Shown here piece after piece: positions 63,636 to 64,000 of a DNA stretch of 64,000 nt. Source of the DNA: Octopus sinensis (taxonomy: Eukaryota); assembly GCF_006345805.1 (NCBI RefSeq), contig NW_021831992.1:19468-83467 (forward strand), given 5' to 3'. The notes beneath the pieces were generated by a model. It made no database searches, was not told where the DNA came from, and saw only the letters and a program-made list of their open reading frames with translations. Position 1 is the stretch's first letter, and each line of letters starts with the position of its first letter. The position numbers and the translations under genes are program-made.

Positions 63636-64000
63636 TCGTCTACATGTATTTTTATGCATGTATATGTATATAAATATATGTATATAGTATATACCAAAGT
63701 GATGTACGTACCCATATATATATGTAGGTGTAAATAAATAAAATTCACATAACTTTATGCGAAAATAAATTTTCACACTTCCCTCTGTGTATATATATAT
63801 ATATATATATAATTGAGTGAAAGCGTGCGTGTGTATGTGAACGCGCGTGTATAATGTTTATATGAGATGTCTATATATATTTATATATATATATTACACA
63901 TGCAAACGCATACACACAATACCATACCCACAGGATTCTATATATATATATATATATATAATATATATATATATATATAATAAGACTCAGACCTGTAATT

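Overview
AT-rich animal non-coding DNA with extreme microsatellite density ((TA)n, (CA)n, (TATG)n, (GATA)n, (ATT)n, (GAT)n, (GAA)n). The SINE families and this repeat landscape point to an Octopus or other coleoid cephalopod genome; this is an inference and no search was run. I can support no host protein-coding gene: almost all listed ORFs are microsatellite read-throughs or decayed transposon fragments. The window looks like a large intron or intergenic region filled with three tRNA-headed SINE groups, mariner and maT DNA transposon relics, hAT-type MITEs, RTE and L1/Tx1-type LINE fragments, and a Penelope GIY-YIG fragment. The main signal is a set of at least 5 unrelated type-I hammerhead ribozyme (HHR) motifs in short (TA)n-embedded Penelope-type repeats. 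Two of them form near-zero-spacer palindromes carrying a hammerhead on each strand, with the symmetry axis at or just 5' of the ribozyme (42936-43067, 49145-49315). Further (TA)n-associated fold-backs, multimeric SINEs, a shared SINE/LINE tail and a few candidate regulatory islands are also reported. All alignments and foldings were done by eye.
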